A DNA stretch of 64,000 nucleotides from positions 1 through 64,000 of the IMG/VR virus record IMGVR_UViG_2974594478_000001; one strand, 5' to 3'. Source of the DNA: a virus (Duplodnaviria > Caudoviricetes). The position numbers and the translations under genes were made by a program. Shown here one piece after another: positions 25,854 through 35,422 of the stretch. Each line of letters opens with the position of its first letter. Position 1 is the stretch's first letter. The notes under the pieces were generated by a model. That model made no database searches. It was not told the origin of the DNA and worked only from the letters and a program-made list of their open reading frames with translations.

Positions 25854-28483
25854 TGCGATATCTCACCTATTCTGAACAAGAATCTTATCCTGTTTGCTTC
25901 TTGGTTCAACAGATCAAGAAGGATGAGATTCAGAAAGCTTACCTTGACCCATACAAAATCAACCATGATGATGTGTTGGTCATAGATCTTCATTTCTCCA
26001 ACACTAAGAAAAAGACTCCAGTCGCAGAAATGAAAGCTTATATCACTGAAGAATTAGCTTCAGTGCTGCATGACATGAAGACTGAGTACATTGTTGTCAA
26101 TGACTCAGAATACTTCAAGGTACTTACCAAAAGCACCAAAACAGAACCTTTCCTTGGTTATGTATTGGATTGTGCATTTGGTCCTTGGAAAGTGGTCTAT
26201 GTTCCAACCTTCAAAGCGATCTTCTATGATCCAGAGAAGATCAATGCCAAGATTGCTCAAGGCATCACAGCATTACAAGCTCATAGAGGTGCAAGCTATC
26301 AAGCACCGGGAACTGGCATCATTAAGTTTGCTGCCTATCCTGAAACCTATGAAGAGATTGAAGCATGGTTGGAAAAGCTTCTGGAATATGAAGCTCTCAC
26401 CTGTGATATCGAAGGCTTCAGCCTTAAGCATTATGATGCTGGTATAGGCACCATAACCTTCTGCTGGAACCAAGGAGAAGGGATAGCCTTTACAGTTGAC
26501 TACAAAGCCCTACAGACAGCTACTGAAGGTCACTATGGAACCAGTGTAAAGAATATCAGGATCCGCAGACTCCTGAAAAGATTCTTTGAACGATTCCAAG
26601 GGAAGATGATCTACCATAGCATTTCTTATGATGCTTATGTGCTAGTCTATCAACTCTTTATGGATAACATCCTAGACACAGCAGGATTGCTGAAAGGGAT
26701 GGAAATCCTTCTCAGGAATTGGGATTGTACCAAGCTCATTTCCTATCTCGCTACCAACTCCTGTGCTGGCAACAAACTAAGTCTAAAAAATCAGGCTCAG
26801 GAATATGCTGGTAACTATGCAATGGAAGAGATCGAGGACATCACCAAGATCCCATTGCCTGAATTGCTTCAATACAATCTGGTGGATGGTCTCTCTACTT
26901 GGTTCGTCTACAATAAGAACCATCCCAAAATGATTGCTGACCAACAGCTTGAGATCTATGAAACGATCTTCAAGCCTGCCATTCTGGATATTGTCCAGAT
27001 GCAGCTAACTGGTCTACCCATTGATATGGATCGAGTGAAGGAAGTGAAAGCTATCCTTCAAGCGGATAATGATGGTGCTACCTCAAAAATGCACGCATCA
27101 CCATTGGTTCAGAAGTTCAATTATAAGAGACTTGAGGAATATGTTAATCTCAAGAACTCTGAATGGAAGAAAAAGAGAACCACCATTGAAGAGACTCTAC
27201 AAGAGTCTCTAACCAATGAAAATATTCGGGATGCAATCACATTCAATCCCAATTCTGGTCCACAACTGATCAAGCTTCTTTATGAACAGATCGGTCTACC
27301 AGTCATTGACCTGACAGACTCCAAGCTACCAGCAACTGGTAAGGACACTATCAAGAGTCTCAAGCATCACACACAGGATCCAGTGGTACTGGAATTCCTA
27401 GATGCACTTATTGACTATATTGATGTGAACAAGATTCTCACCAGCTTCATTCCAGCTTTTGAGAATGCCAAACAAGGTCCAGATGGGTGGTACTATCTCT
27501 TTGGGAACTTCAACCTTGGTGGAACGGTCTCAGGAAGACTCTCTTCTTCAGATCCTAACCTCCAGAATCTTCCTGCAACTGGATCCAAGTATGCCAAGAT
27601 CATTAAGACATGTTTCAAGGCACCTCCCGGTTGGTTGTTCTGTGGACTGGATTTCGCTTCTCTTGAAGATCGAATCTCAGCCCTCACGACCAAGGATCCA
27701 AACAAGCTAAAGGTCTACACTGATGGGTATGATGGTCACTCCCTTAGAGCTTATGCTTATTTCGGTGATAATATGCCTGATATTGATCCAGATTCTGTAG
27801 AATCGATCAATTCAATACAGGACAAATACAAACCGGAAAGACAGGAGTCTAAAGCTCCTACATTCGCTCTAACCTATCAGGGTACATACAAGACCCTGAT
27901 GAACAATTGTGGTTTCCCTGAGTGGAAAGCCAAAGACGTTGAGGCAAAATATCATGTCCTCTACAAAGTCTCAGATGACTGGGTTGCCTCTAAACTAGAT
28001 CAAGCCTGTCAGGATGGTTATGTCACAGTTGCCTTTGGACTTAGAGTCCGTACTCCACTATTGGCACAGGTTGTCCGAGGAACCAGCAAAACACCCTTTG
28101 AAGCTGAAGCTGAAGGGAGAACTGCTGGTAATGCTCTTGGTCAAAGCTGGTGCTTGCTCAATACAAGAGCGGGATCTGAATTCATGGGCAAGGTACGAAA
28201 GTCAGATTACCGACTGGATATCCGACCATGTGCACAGATCCATGACGCCTCCTACTACCTGATCAGGGATGAAATCGAACCAATCCTCTACACCAATCAA
28301 CATCTCGTTGAGGCGGTGAAGTGGCAGGATCATCCTGATATCTGGCATGACGAGGTTAAGTTGGGTGGAAATCTATCCATTTTCTACCCGGATTGGAGCA
28401 AGGAGTGTGAACTCCCAAACGACGCTACAATCGAACAAATTCAAGGTGTGATCGGAAAGCATCTTGAAAAGCTTGCTGCATAA
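25853..28483 (+). CDS. Family A DNA polymerase with 3'-5' exonuclease
   Basis: CDIEG (Exo I), YNLVD, SGRLSSSDPNLQNLP, DFASLEDR, RQESKAPTFALTYQG, QIHDA; no intein or intron seen. Confidence 0.96.
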   Translation: MRYLTYSEQESYPVCFLVQQIKKDEIQKAYLDPYKINHDDVLVIDLHFSNTKKKTPVAEMKAYITEELASVLHDMKTEYIVVNDSEYFKVLTKSTKTEPFLGYVLDCAFGPWKVVYVPTFKAIFYDPEKINAKIAQGITALQAHRGASYQAPGTGIIKFAAYPETYEEIEAWLEKLLEYEALTCDIEGFSLKHYDAGIGTITFCWNQGEGIAFTVDYKALQTATEGHYGTSVKNIRIRRLLKRFFERFQGKMIYHSISYDAYVLVYQLFMDNILDTAGLLKGMEILLRNWDCTKLISYLATNSCAGNKLSLKNQAQEYAGNYAMEEIEDITKIPLPELLQYNLVDGLSTWFVYNKNHPKMIADQQLEIYETIFKPAILDIVQMQLTGLPIDMDRVKEVKAILQADNDGATSKMHASPLVQKFNYKRLEEYVNLKNSEWKKKRTTIEETLQESLTNENIRDAITFNPNSGPQLIKLLYEQIGLPVIDLTDSKLPATGKDTIKSLKHHTQDPVVLEFLDALIDYIDVNKILTSFIPAFENAKQGPDGWYYLFGNFNLGGTVSGRLSSSDPNLQNLPATGSKYAKIIKTCFKAPPGWLFCGLDFASLEDRISALTTKDPNKLKVYTDGYDGHSLRAYAYFGDNMPDIDPDSVESINSIQDKYKPERQESKAPTFALTYQGTYKTLMNNCGFPEWKAKDVEAKYHVLYKVSDDWVASKLDQACQDGYVTVAFGLRVRTPLLAQVVRGTSKTPFEAEAEGRTAGNALGQSWCLLNTRAGSEFMGKVRKSDYRLDIRPCAQIHDASYYLIRDEIEPILYTNQHLVEAVKWQDHPDIWHDEVKLGGNLSIFYPDWSKECELPNDATIEQIQGVIGKHLEKLAA

Positions 28484-28526
28484 GTGGCATAAGAAATATC
28501 AACATAAGTTGGAAGGGATTGAAAAC

Positions 28527-28880
28527 ATGACTGAAGAAGTCAACAATGAAGAACGTCTCCATTATTATCTCATTGCCGGTAAGGTCATCTACCACAAGAA
28601 GGACATCCGCAATAAGACGGAGCAGCTTCAGATTGAACTGAATGGCATCATCAAAACAGGTGTTCAGCAGTTCAATCAGACCCAGATTGCTCGTGCTCAG
28701 CAGACACTTCAGATGCGTCTGATGACCGAGTTTGAGGATCCAAAGAAGATCAAGGTCGTAGACGTGATTCTCGGGAGCATCAGTCACCTTGGTTATATGA
28801 CCAAGGACGAATTTGCTCCACCAGTTCCTGAGACCCCTCTGGCTCAGATTGCCGACCTTCCTGTCAATGGGAATGCCTAA
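28527..28880 (+). CDS. Conserved N4-like hypothetical protein
   Basis: HYYLIAG...VVDVILGSISHLGYMTKDEF; GGAAGG RBS. Confidence 0.6.
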   Translation: MTEEVNNEERLHYYLIAGKVIYHKKDIRNKTEQLQIELNGIIKTGVQQFNQTQIARAQQTLQMRLMTEFEDPKKIKVVDVILGSISHLGYMTKDEFAPPVPETPLAQIADLPVNGNA

Positions 28881-28882
28881 GC

Positions 28883-29416
28883 ATGGCACATCTTGTCCTT
28901 ATCAATGGGTATGCTGGGGCAGGTAAGGATACGTTCGTTGAGATGGTCTCTCAGGAACTAGACAAGCATGATATAGAGGTGAATAATATCTCTTCTATCA
29001 CGCCTGTATGGTCACTTCTGAAAGACCATCTCTGCCTTCCAATGGATCGTAAAGGTCCAGAAGAACGTAAGCTTGCTGCTGAAGTCAAAGCTGCACTGGA
29101 TAATTATCATTTCACAGCTACGAAGATGGCGCTTCATAAAGCATTAGAATGGTTTGGTTTTAATGAAAATGGAGTTTGCTTCATTCATATGAGAGAACCA
29201 AGAGCATTAGAGTTTTCTAAAACTTATGCTGAAAATGCTATCCCCGGTAAATGCTCAACTCTCTTCATTGATCGTCCTCAGCCTAAGCTTAAAATTGGCA
29301 ATGTTGCTGATGACTCAGTGAACGATTTTGAATATGATCGAAAGGTTCTGAATCATTTCGATCTGACACACTTAAAAGTGCTTGCTGAATCTTATGCAAG
29401 GCAGTTCTTGCCTTGA
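28883..29416 (+). CDS. P-loop protein, dNMP-kinase-like
   Basis: LINGYAGAGKDTF; D-x-x-I-x-N-like C-terminus (DRKVLN). Confidence 0.65.
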   Translation: MAHLVLINGYAGAGKDTFVEMVSQELDKHDIEVNNISSITPVWSLLKDHLCLPMDRKGPEERKLAAEVKAALDNYHFTATKMALHKALEWFGFNENGVCFIHMREPRALEFSKTYAENAIPGKCSTLFIDRPQPKLKIGNVADDSVNDFEYDRKVLNHFDLTHLKVLAESYARQFLP

Positions 29417-29441
29417 ACCTGTGGATATCCCACTGGGAACC

Positions 29442-29472
29442 AAGGAGAGGAATTGAAGCCTCTCCTTATTTT
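29442..29472 (+). terminator. Hairpin, putative terminator
   Basis: AAGGAGAGG-aattgaag-CCTCTCCTT then ATTTT. Confidence 0.55.
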
Positions 29473-29501
29473 GTCTAAGAGCATTTCTCGGAGACCCTTT
29501 C

Positions 29502-30488
29502 ATGAAAATCACAAACAATACAGGCATCAGCCTGCCATTGGCAGTTTGGTTGTTGCATGACGAATATGATTACATCAACGAACCGAATTACATTTCGGCA
29601 ACTCGTTTGCTTCGACCGCTCAAGCACATTGTTATGGCTCCGAGAGTTCCCAATGAAGTGAAAGAGATGGATATCTCTGAACTCATTGCTCGTGCATCTG
29701 GTCATGCTTACCATGCTGCTATTGAAAAGGCATGGCTCAATGGGAACCATGTGAGACCACTGAAGCTGCTTGGTTATCCTGATCACGTCATTGGACGTGT
29801 ATTAGTCAATCCGACTGAGGAAGAACTCGCAGCAAACCCTGATGCAATTCCTGTCTTCATTGAAAGACGTGCCATCAGAGAAGTCACTGTCAATGGAACT
29901 GTCTACAAGGTAGGCGGTAAGTTTGACATGTGTGCTGAGGGAGCACTCAATGACAACAAGTCTACATCTGTATGGACTTGGGTCTATGGTGGTCGTGATG
30001 ATGAGCACAAGCTTCAAGGTTCAGTCTATAAGTGGTTGAACCCCAAGATCGTTACGGAAGATTATATCCGTATCAATTACATCTTCACGGATTGGCAGAA
30101 ACAAGCTGCTGCTTCTAATCCGAAATATCCTCAGAGTAGGCTCCTGAAGAAAGACATTCCACTTATGTCTGATCAGGAAACCGAAGAGTGGATTCGTTGG
30201 AAGCTCTCCATGGTTCTGAAGTATCAGAATGAACCAGAGAGTAGGATTCCAGACTGTACTGATGAGGAACTCTGGCGATCTGAACCACAGTTCAAATATT
30301 ATGCTGATCCAAACAAGACCCAGAGAGCGACTAGAAACTTCGATACGCTCGCTGAGGCAAACGCATTCATGGCAGAGAAAGGTGGCAAGGGCATTGTCAA
30401 GACCTTCCCCGGTGAGGTGAAGCGGTGTGGATACTGCGACATTGCTCCTATCTGCGAACAACGTAAGGGATATTTCCCAGATGATTGA
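29502..30488 (+). CDS. PD-(D/E)xK/RecB-like nuclease (N4 gp42-like)
   Basis: ISATRLL, GHAYH, GGKFD, DNKSTS, terminal RCGYCDIAPIC Cys cluster. Confidence 0.8.
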   Translation: MKITNNTGISLPLAVWLLHDEYDYINEPNYISATRLLRPLKHIVMAPRVPNEVKEMDISELIARASGHAYHAAIEKAWLNGNHVRPLKLLGYPDHVIGRVLVNPTEEELAANPDAIPVFIERRAIREVTVNGTVYKVGGKFDMCAEGALNDNKSTSVWTWVYGGRDDEHKLQGSVYKWLNPKIVTEDYIRINYIFTDWQKQAAASNPKYPQSRLLKKDIPLMSDQETEEWIRWKLSMVLKYQNEPESRIPDCTDEELWRSEPQFKYYADPNKTQRATRNFDTLAEANAFMAEKGGKGIVKTFPGEVKRCGYCDIAPICEQRKGYFPDD

Positions 30489-32634
30489 TCTTGAAACTAC
30501 CGCCCATCATCCTGCAATCGAAGAGATTGTGGATGTTATCTGCAATAAAACACAGAACTCAGACAGAGGATTCTATCGAACTGAGGTTGCCTACTTCCTT
30601 GCCAAGATGGCAGGGATCATGAGAGCTACCATTATCACTAAGGATCGTGGTGAGATTCCTGTGAATCTCTATGCTCTTGCTCTGGCTCCATCAGGTTTCG
30701 GTAAGGGTCACTCTGTCTCCATTATGGAGAATGAGTTCCTGAAGTCGTTCAAGAAACGCTTCATGGAAGATACATTCGTTACCATCTCGGAACAGTTCAT
30801 CAATAATATTGCCAATGAGCGTGCTGCTCGTAATGGCACTGATCAAGCCGAGGAACTGGAACGTGTGGAGAAAGAGTTCAGGCAAGCTGGTGCTTACCCA
30901 TTTACTTTCGACTCTGGTACTGCACCTGCTGTTAAGCAGCTTCGTCATAAGCTTCTCATGGCTAACATTGGTTCAATCAATCTTCAGATAGATGAAATTG
31001 GATCCAATCTTATTGGTGCCACTGAAGTTCTCACTCTCTTCCTTGAGCTTTATGATCAGGGTATGGTGAAGCAGAAGCTCACTAAGAACACATCGGAGAA
31101 CCAGAGAAGTGAAGAACTCGATGGGAAAACTCCAACCAATGCTCTTCTCTTTGGGACTCCATCTAAGTTGCTTGATGGTGGACAAACCGAGGAGCAATTT
31201 TACTCCTTCCTTGAAACCGGCTATGCACGTCGATGCTTGTTCGGTTTCGGGCATCATTCCCGGTCGTCGGAAACCCTATCTCCAGCAGAGATCTATAACC
31301 GACTTATTAACCCCACGAATACTGCTGCTATCGATTACTGGGCCTCAAGATTCCACACTCTTGCTGACCCAGCTATGTATGGATGGAAAATGGTGGTTGA
31401 GGATGATGTGGCAATTGCCTTGCTTTCCTACAAAATCGATTGTGAGAAGCTTGCCGACAGTCTTGCAGACCATGAGGATATCAAGAAAGCCGAGCTTTCG
31501 CATCGTTACTTTAAAGTCCTCAAGCTCGCAGGGGCATATGCTTTCGTGGATAAGTCGATGGAAGTGGAAATGGATCACCTTAACTCAGCTATCAAGCTGG
31601 TTGAGGAATCTGGGGAAGCTTTCCAGACAATCCTGAACAGAGAGAAAGCCTACGTCAAACTGGCAAAATACATTGCTGATGTAGGTACAGAAGTCACTCA
31701 TGCTGATCTCATGGAAGCATTGCCATTCTACAAGTCTGGTAATGCTGCTCGTAATGAGATGATCACCCTTGCTACAGCTTGGGGATATAAGAAGCATATC
31801 ATCATCAAGAAGATGTTCATTGATGGGATTGAGTTCTTCAAGGGGGAAACCCTTAAGGAAACTGATCTCTCTAAGATGACACTCTCCTATTCTGATCATT
31901 GGGCTTACAATTACATGGGTGAGAAGGTTCCCTTCGATCAACTCCATGTGTTGACCCAAGCATCAGGAATGCACTGGGCGAATCATCACTTCAAGAATCA
32001 GCACAGAGCAGAAGAGAATGTGATTGCTGGCTTCAATATGATCGTCATTGATGTTGATGGTAGTATCTCTCTGTCATCGGTCCATGAACTATTGAAGGAT
32101 TTCAAGTTCATGACCTATACCACTAAGCGTCACACTGATGATGAGAATAGGTTCAGACTTATTCTTCCCATGAATTACTATCTCGAATTGGATCAAGACG
32201 AGTATAAGGAATTCATGAATTCAGTGATGGAATGGTTGCCATTCCGGACTGATGAGAGTGCGAACCAGAGATCTAAGAAGTGGATGTCCTGTGATACTGG
32301 ATCTTTCCACTATAATCTGGATGGTGAACTACTGGATGTCTTGGATTTCATTCCTAAGACTTCTCGTAATGAACAGCACAAGAGAGAGAACCAGCAATTG
32401 GAATCTCTCGACAATCTGGAACGTTGGTTCGCTCAGAGGATTGCCTCTGGCAACCGAAACAATCACATGATCAAATATGCTCTGGCACTGGTTGACAGTG
32501 GTATGGATCTTGTGAATGTTCAGAAGCAAGTCCATGCCTTCAATCAGAAGCTCAATACCCCTCTTCCTGAAGAGGAGTTGGACAACACCGTATTGGTGAC
32601 GGTCGCTAAGCGTTTCCAGCGTATGACGCATTAA
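30481..32634 (+). CDS. DNA primase (N4 gp43-like)
   Basis: About 717 aa; APSGFGKG, DEIGSN, IVIDVDG, YTTKRH, RFRLILP, GNRNN. Confidence 0.88.
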   Translation: MIDLETTAHHPAIEEIVDVICNKTQNSDRGFYRTEVAYFLAKMAGIMRATIITKDRGEIPVNLYALALAPSGFGKGHSVSIMENEFLKSFKKRFMEDTFVTISEQFINNIANERAARNGTDQAEELERVEKEFRQAGAYPFTFDSGTAPAVKQLRHKLLMANIGSINLQIDEIGSNLIGATEVLTLFLELYDQGMVKQKLTKNTSENQRSEELDGKTPTNALLFGTPSKLLDGGQTEEQFYSFLETGYARRCLFGFGHHSRSSETLSPAEIYNRLINPTNTAAIDYWASRFHTLADPAMYGWKMVVEDDVAIALLSYKIDCEKLADSLADHEDIKKAELSHRYFKVLKLAGAYAFVDKSMEVEMDHLNSAIKLVEESGEAFQTILNREKAYVKLAKYIADVGTEVTHADLMEALPFYKSGNAARNEMITLATAWGYKKHIIIKKMFIDGIEFFKGETLKETDLSKMTLSYSDHWAYNYMGEKVPFDQLHVLTQASGMHWANHHFKNQHRAEENVIAGFNMIVIDVDGSISLSSVHELLKDFKFMTYTTKRHTDDENRFRLILPMNYYLELDQDEYKEFMNSVMEWLPFRTDESANQRSKKWMSCDTGSFHYNLDGELLDVLDFIPKTSRNEQHKRENQQLESLDNLERWFAQRIASGNRNNHMIKYALALVDSGMDLVNVQKQVHAFNQKLNTPLPEEELDNTVLVTVAKRFQRMTH

Positions 32635-32640
32635 TCTCTA

Positions 32641-32683
32641 GGGGATAGCTAGCCTTTCTTTGGCTCTCTAAACAGCTATCCCC
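32641..32683. promoter_or_regulatory. Intergenic stem-loop
   Basis: GGGGATAGCT (32641-32650) / AGCTATCCCC (32674-32683) with inner AGCC/GGCT pairing. Confidence 0.6.
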
Positions 32684-32700
32684 AGAACCAAGGAAATCAT

Positions 32701-33441
32701 ATGTCCGACGATACAAATCAAGTGATCAATGAACAGTTGGTCCTGATCAGTGGAGAATCTGGAACTGGTAAATCTGCCAGTCTCAGAAATATCAGGAACC
32801 AAGAACGATGGATGTTCCTGAATAGTGAAGCTGGTAAGAGGCTTCCATTCAAGAATAAGTTCGATGCTTATAAGATCATCGATCCCTATCAGGTTCATGA
32901 AGGTCTGGACTTTCTTAAAGTAAGTCCTGATCATGATGGAGGTATTCTTGATACCCTAACCTTCCTGATGGATATGATGGAAACACAGTACGTTCTTCGT
33001 GCTGTAAACACTCAAAATGCTTGGGGATCCTTTGCTCAATTCTTTAAGGAAATGATGCAGGAAAAGGTAGCATCCCTAGATAAACCATTCCTCATTCTGG
33101 CTCATACCAGATCTGATCTGGATGAGAAGAATATGGAAATGAAGACAGCGGTTCCCATTAAGGGAGCGCTTAGAAACAATGGTATCGAAGCATACTTCTC
33201 AACCGTAGTGTCCACTAAAAAGGTTCCCCTTACGGAACTGAAGGAATATGAGAACGATATGCTTCATATCACTGAGGAAGATGAAATGCTTGGCTATAAG
33301 CATGTCTTCCAAACCAGACTCACCAAGAAAACGGTGGGAGAGCGTATTCGGTCGCCTATGGGTATGTTCACCAAGGAACAGACTTTCATCGACAATGACG
33401 CTCAACTCCTTCTGGATCACATGAAGGACTACTACGCTTAA
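32701..33441 (+). CDS. AAA_24/Sak4-like ATPase (N4 gp44-like)
   Basis: SGESGTGKSAS, ILDTL, LILAH, IEAYFSTV, IRSPMGMF. Confidence 0.85.
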   Translation: MSDDTNQVINEQLVLISGESGTGKSASLRNIRNQERWMFLNSEAGKRLPFKNKFDAYKIIDPYQVHEGLDFLKVSPDHDGGILDTLTFLMDMMETQYVLRAVNTQNAWGSFAQFFKEMMQEKVASLDKPFLILAHTRSDLDEKNMEMKTAVPIKGALRNNGIEAYFSTVVSTKKVPLTELKEYENDMLHITEEDEMLGYKHVFQTRLTKKTVGERIRSPMGMFTKEQTFIDNDAQLLLDHMKDYYA

Positions 33442-33469
33442 CTGTTGGAACCAACGAAAGAGAATAAAA

Positions 33470-34249
33470 ATGTCTAATCTATTTGGAAACCTGAGCACTC
33501 AAGATCATGAAGAGGTACAAGACCGCCTTGGTGGTTTTACCGCTTATGAGACTGATGCTTACACTGGTAAGATCAAGGCTGCTTATGCAGGCAAATCGGA
33601 AGGCGGTGCTCAGTCGATGACTTACATCTTTACACTGTCTTCTGGTGAATATCGTGAGACAGCTTGGGTCACGAACAAGGAAGGTAAGAATTACTACCAT
33701 CCGAAGAAGGCTGATGGCACGGTCATTACCGACAAGAAGCAGACGCTGGCTGGTTATACCATTGCCAATGACATTGCTCTTGTCACGGTAGGCAAGGAGC
33801 TTGGCGAACTGGTCTTTGAAGAGAAGGTCATGAACGTCTATGACCCGGATGCCAAGAAGGAGCTTCCCAAGGCTGTAATGATGGCAACCGAGCTTCTCGG
33901 TCAGGAAGTCACTCTGGGCATTGTCAAGCAGATCGTTGACAAGCAAACCAAAGACGCATCTGGTCAATATGTTTCGACGGGTGAGACTCGTGAGGAGAAC
34001 CAGATTGAGAAGGTCTTCCATTGCCCTAGCAACGTCACGGTTGTTGAACAACGTGAAGCTGTAAAGGCTGGACGTGATGCTACCCCAGTCTTCTTTGAAA
34101 AGTGGGTGGAGAAGAACAAGGGTCAGACTCGTGATCGTTCCACGAAGTCGAACCAGAATGGTCAGTCTGGTCGTCCCGGTCAGAAGTCTCCGCCTCAAGC
34201 TGGTCAGCAGACTGCTCAGAGGACATCTCTCTTCGGCAATAAGGGTTAA
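33470..34249 (+). CDS. ssb: Single-stranded DNA-binding protein (N4 gp45-like)
   Basis: MSNLFG...DRLGG, EKVF, C-terminal TSLFG; synteny. Confidence 0.88.
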   Translation: MSNLFGNLSTQDHEEVQDRLGGFTAYETDAYTGKIKAAYAGKSEGGAQSMTYIFTLSSGEYRETAWVTNKEGKNYYHPKKADGTVITDKKQTLAGYTIANDIALVTVGKELGELVFEEKVMNVYDPDAKKELPKAVMMATELLGQEVTLGIVKQIVDKQTKDASGQYVSTGETREENQIEKVFHCPSNVTVVEQREAVKAGRDATPVFFEKWVEKNKGQTRDRSTKSNQNGQSGRPGQKSPPQAGQQTAQRTSLFGNKG

Positions 34250-34263
34250 TCCCTCATTGTTTG

Positions 34264-34292
34264 TTGACTTCTCCTGTGCTATCCCCTATTTA
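34264..34292 (+). promoter_or_regulatory. Putative host sigma70-type promoter
   Basis: TTGACT-N17-TATTTA upstream of the rusA start; overlaps the CCCCTA/TAGGGG hairpin. Confidence 0.45.
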
Positions 34293-34309
34293 ATTAGGGG
34301 GTAGACACA

Positions 34310-35125
34310 GTGTCACATGTAATAAGTTTACCGATTAAGATCCAACTCTCCAAAAAGGAGAAGTTCTACCTTAATCTGAATGCGTATCGAAATGCTCATT
34401 ACTTCACATTGAACAAGGCTAAGGTCTTATTCAAAGAGGCAATTGAAGGCTTAGTAAATACGCTACCTTCCATGAAGAAAGTAGAGCTAAGCTTTATGCT
34501 TTTCATGGGGTCACAAAGATCAGCAGACCTCAGTAATATATGCAGCGTAGTGGATAAGTTCTTCTGTGATGCACTGGTTGAGTTAGGGAAACTTCCTGAT
34601 GACAACTATGATGTTATTGGATCCGTTGATTACAAATTCGGGGGCATAGATAAAAACAATCCCCGAGTAGACGTACACATAAACCCCCTAGTAAGTGAAA
34701 ACGCAGAAGAGGAAGACACAATGCAAATCACTATCGTTCAGGCAGAAATCGAAGCTGCTATCACCAACTACATTACCCAGCAGGTCTCGGTTAACGAGGG
34801 CATGGATATCAATATTGAACTCCGTGCAACTCGTGGCGCTGAAGGCTTCCAAGCCATCATCGACATCGTACCTGCTAATCCCAAGTCCGGTCGTCGTGCA
34901 GCAGCAAACACCAGCAATGGTTCTGTAGCTGCTCAGGCTACTGCTCCTGCTGCCAAGAAGGCAGAAGCCCCGGTTGCTGAAGCAGTTACCGGTGAAGCTA
35001 CCACTGCTCCGACTGCACAGGAAGAAGCAGAAGCTCAGGTTGAAGACGGTCCGGTAGAGGCACCGTCTGAGCCGCCGATCCAGTCCCGTTCGCTGTTTGG
35101 TGGTCTCAAAGCCAACGCTGAATAA
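34310..35125 (+). CDS. rusA: RusA-like Holliday junction resolvase fused in frame to a gp47-like protein (internal start 34721)
   Basis: LNLNAYRN, DLSN, DKFFCDALV...LPDDN, PRVDV; then GAGGA-N7-ATG MQITIVQAEIEAAI...SLFGG with no stop between. Confidence 0.8.
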   Translation: MSHVISLPIKIQLSKKEKFYLNLNAYRNAHYFTLNKAKVLFKEAIEGLVNTLPSMKKVELSFMLFMGSQRSADLSNICSVVDKFFCDALVELGKLPDDNYDVIGSVDYKFGGIDKNNPRVDVHINPLVSENAEEEDTMQITIVQAEIEAAITNYITQQVSVNEGMDINIELRATRGAEGFQAIIDIVPANPKSGRRAAANTSNGSVAAQATAPAAKKAEAPVAEAVTGEATTAPTAQEEAEAQVEDGPVEAPSEPPIQSRSLFGGLKANAE

Positions 35126-35283
35126 TGGACTTGCTCCTAGCCATACTCATTGGGATCATTGTCGTGATTGTCTATTTTGCAATAGGCGCTTTAATCATAG
35201 CAATGATCCCTGTGCTTGTCGGGCTAGGAATCTTTGCAATGGCAGCTATCATTGCTTATGCACTTCTCAAGTCCCGGCACTAG
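35125..35283 (+). CDS. 52-aa membrane protein (not in track)
   Basis: TAATG overlap; almost entirely hydrophobic. Confidence 0.6.
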   Translation: MDLLLAILIGIIVVIVYFAIGALIIAMIPVLVGLGIFAMAAIIAYALLKSRH

Positions 35284-35305
35284 GGCAACGTCCTACCTAT
35301 TTAGG

Positions 35306-35331
35306 TTGACAGCTTTCCTCAGTGCTATAAT
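35306..35331 (+). promoter_or_regulatory. Putative host-type promoter with short spacer
   Basis: TTGACAG-N11-GCTATAAT (perfect TTGACA and TATAAT, 14 nt apart). Confidence 0.45.
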
Positions 35332-35373
35332 AATTGTTTTGCGTGATGTGCGCTCAGGAAAGCCTTAAATTTC

Positions 35374-35410
35374 AGCCAGTAGAGGATTAGATCTCTACTG
35401 GCTTTTTTCT
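35374..35410 (+). terminator. Rho-independent terminator
   Basis: AGCCAGTAGAG-gattagat-CTCTACTGGCT then TTTTT. Confidence 0.88.
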
Positions 35411-35422
35411 TACGAGGAACCA

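Noticed and set aside
25853-32634. Intron, intein or homing endonuclease in polymerase or primase
   Set aside because: Both are uninterrupted and of typical length, with no intein termini or HNH/LAGLIDADG motifs
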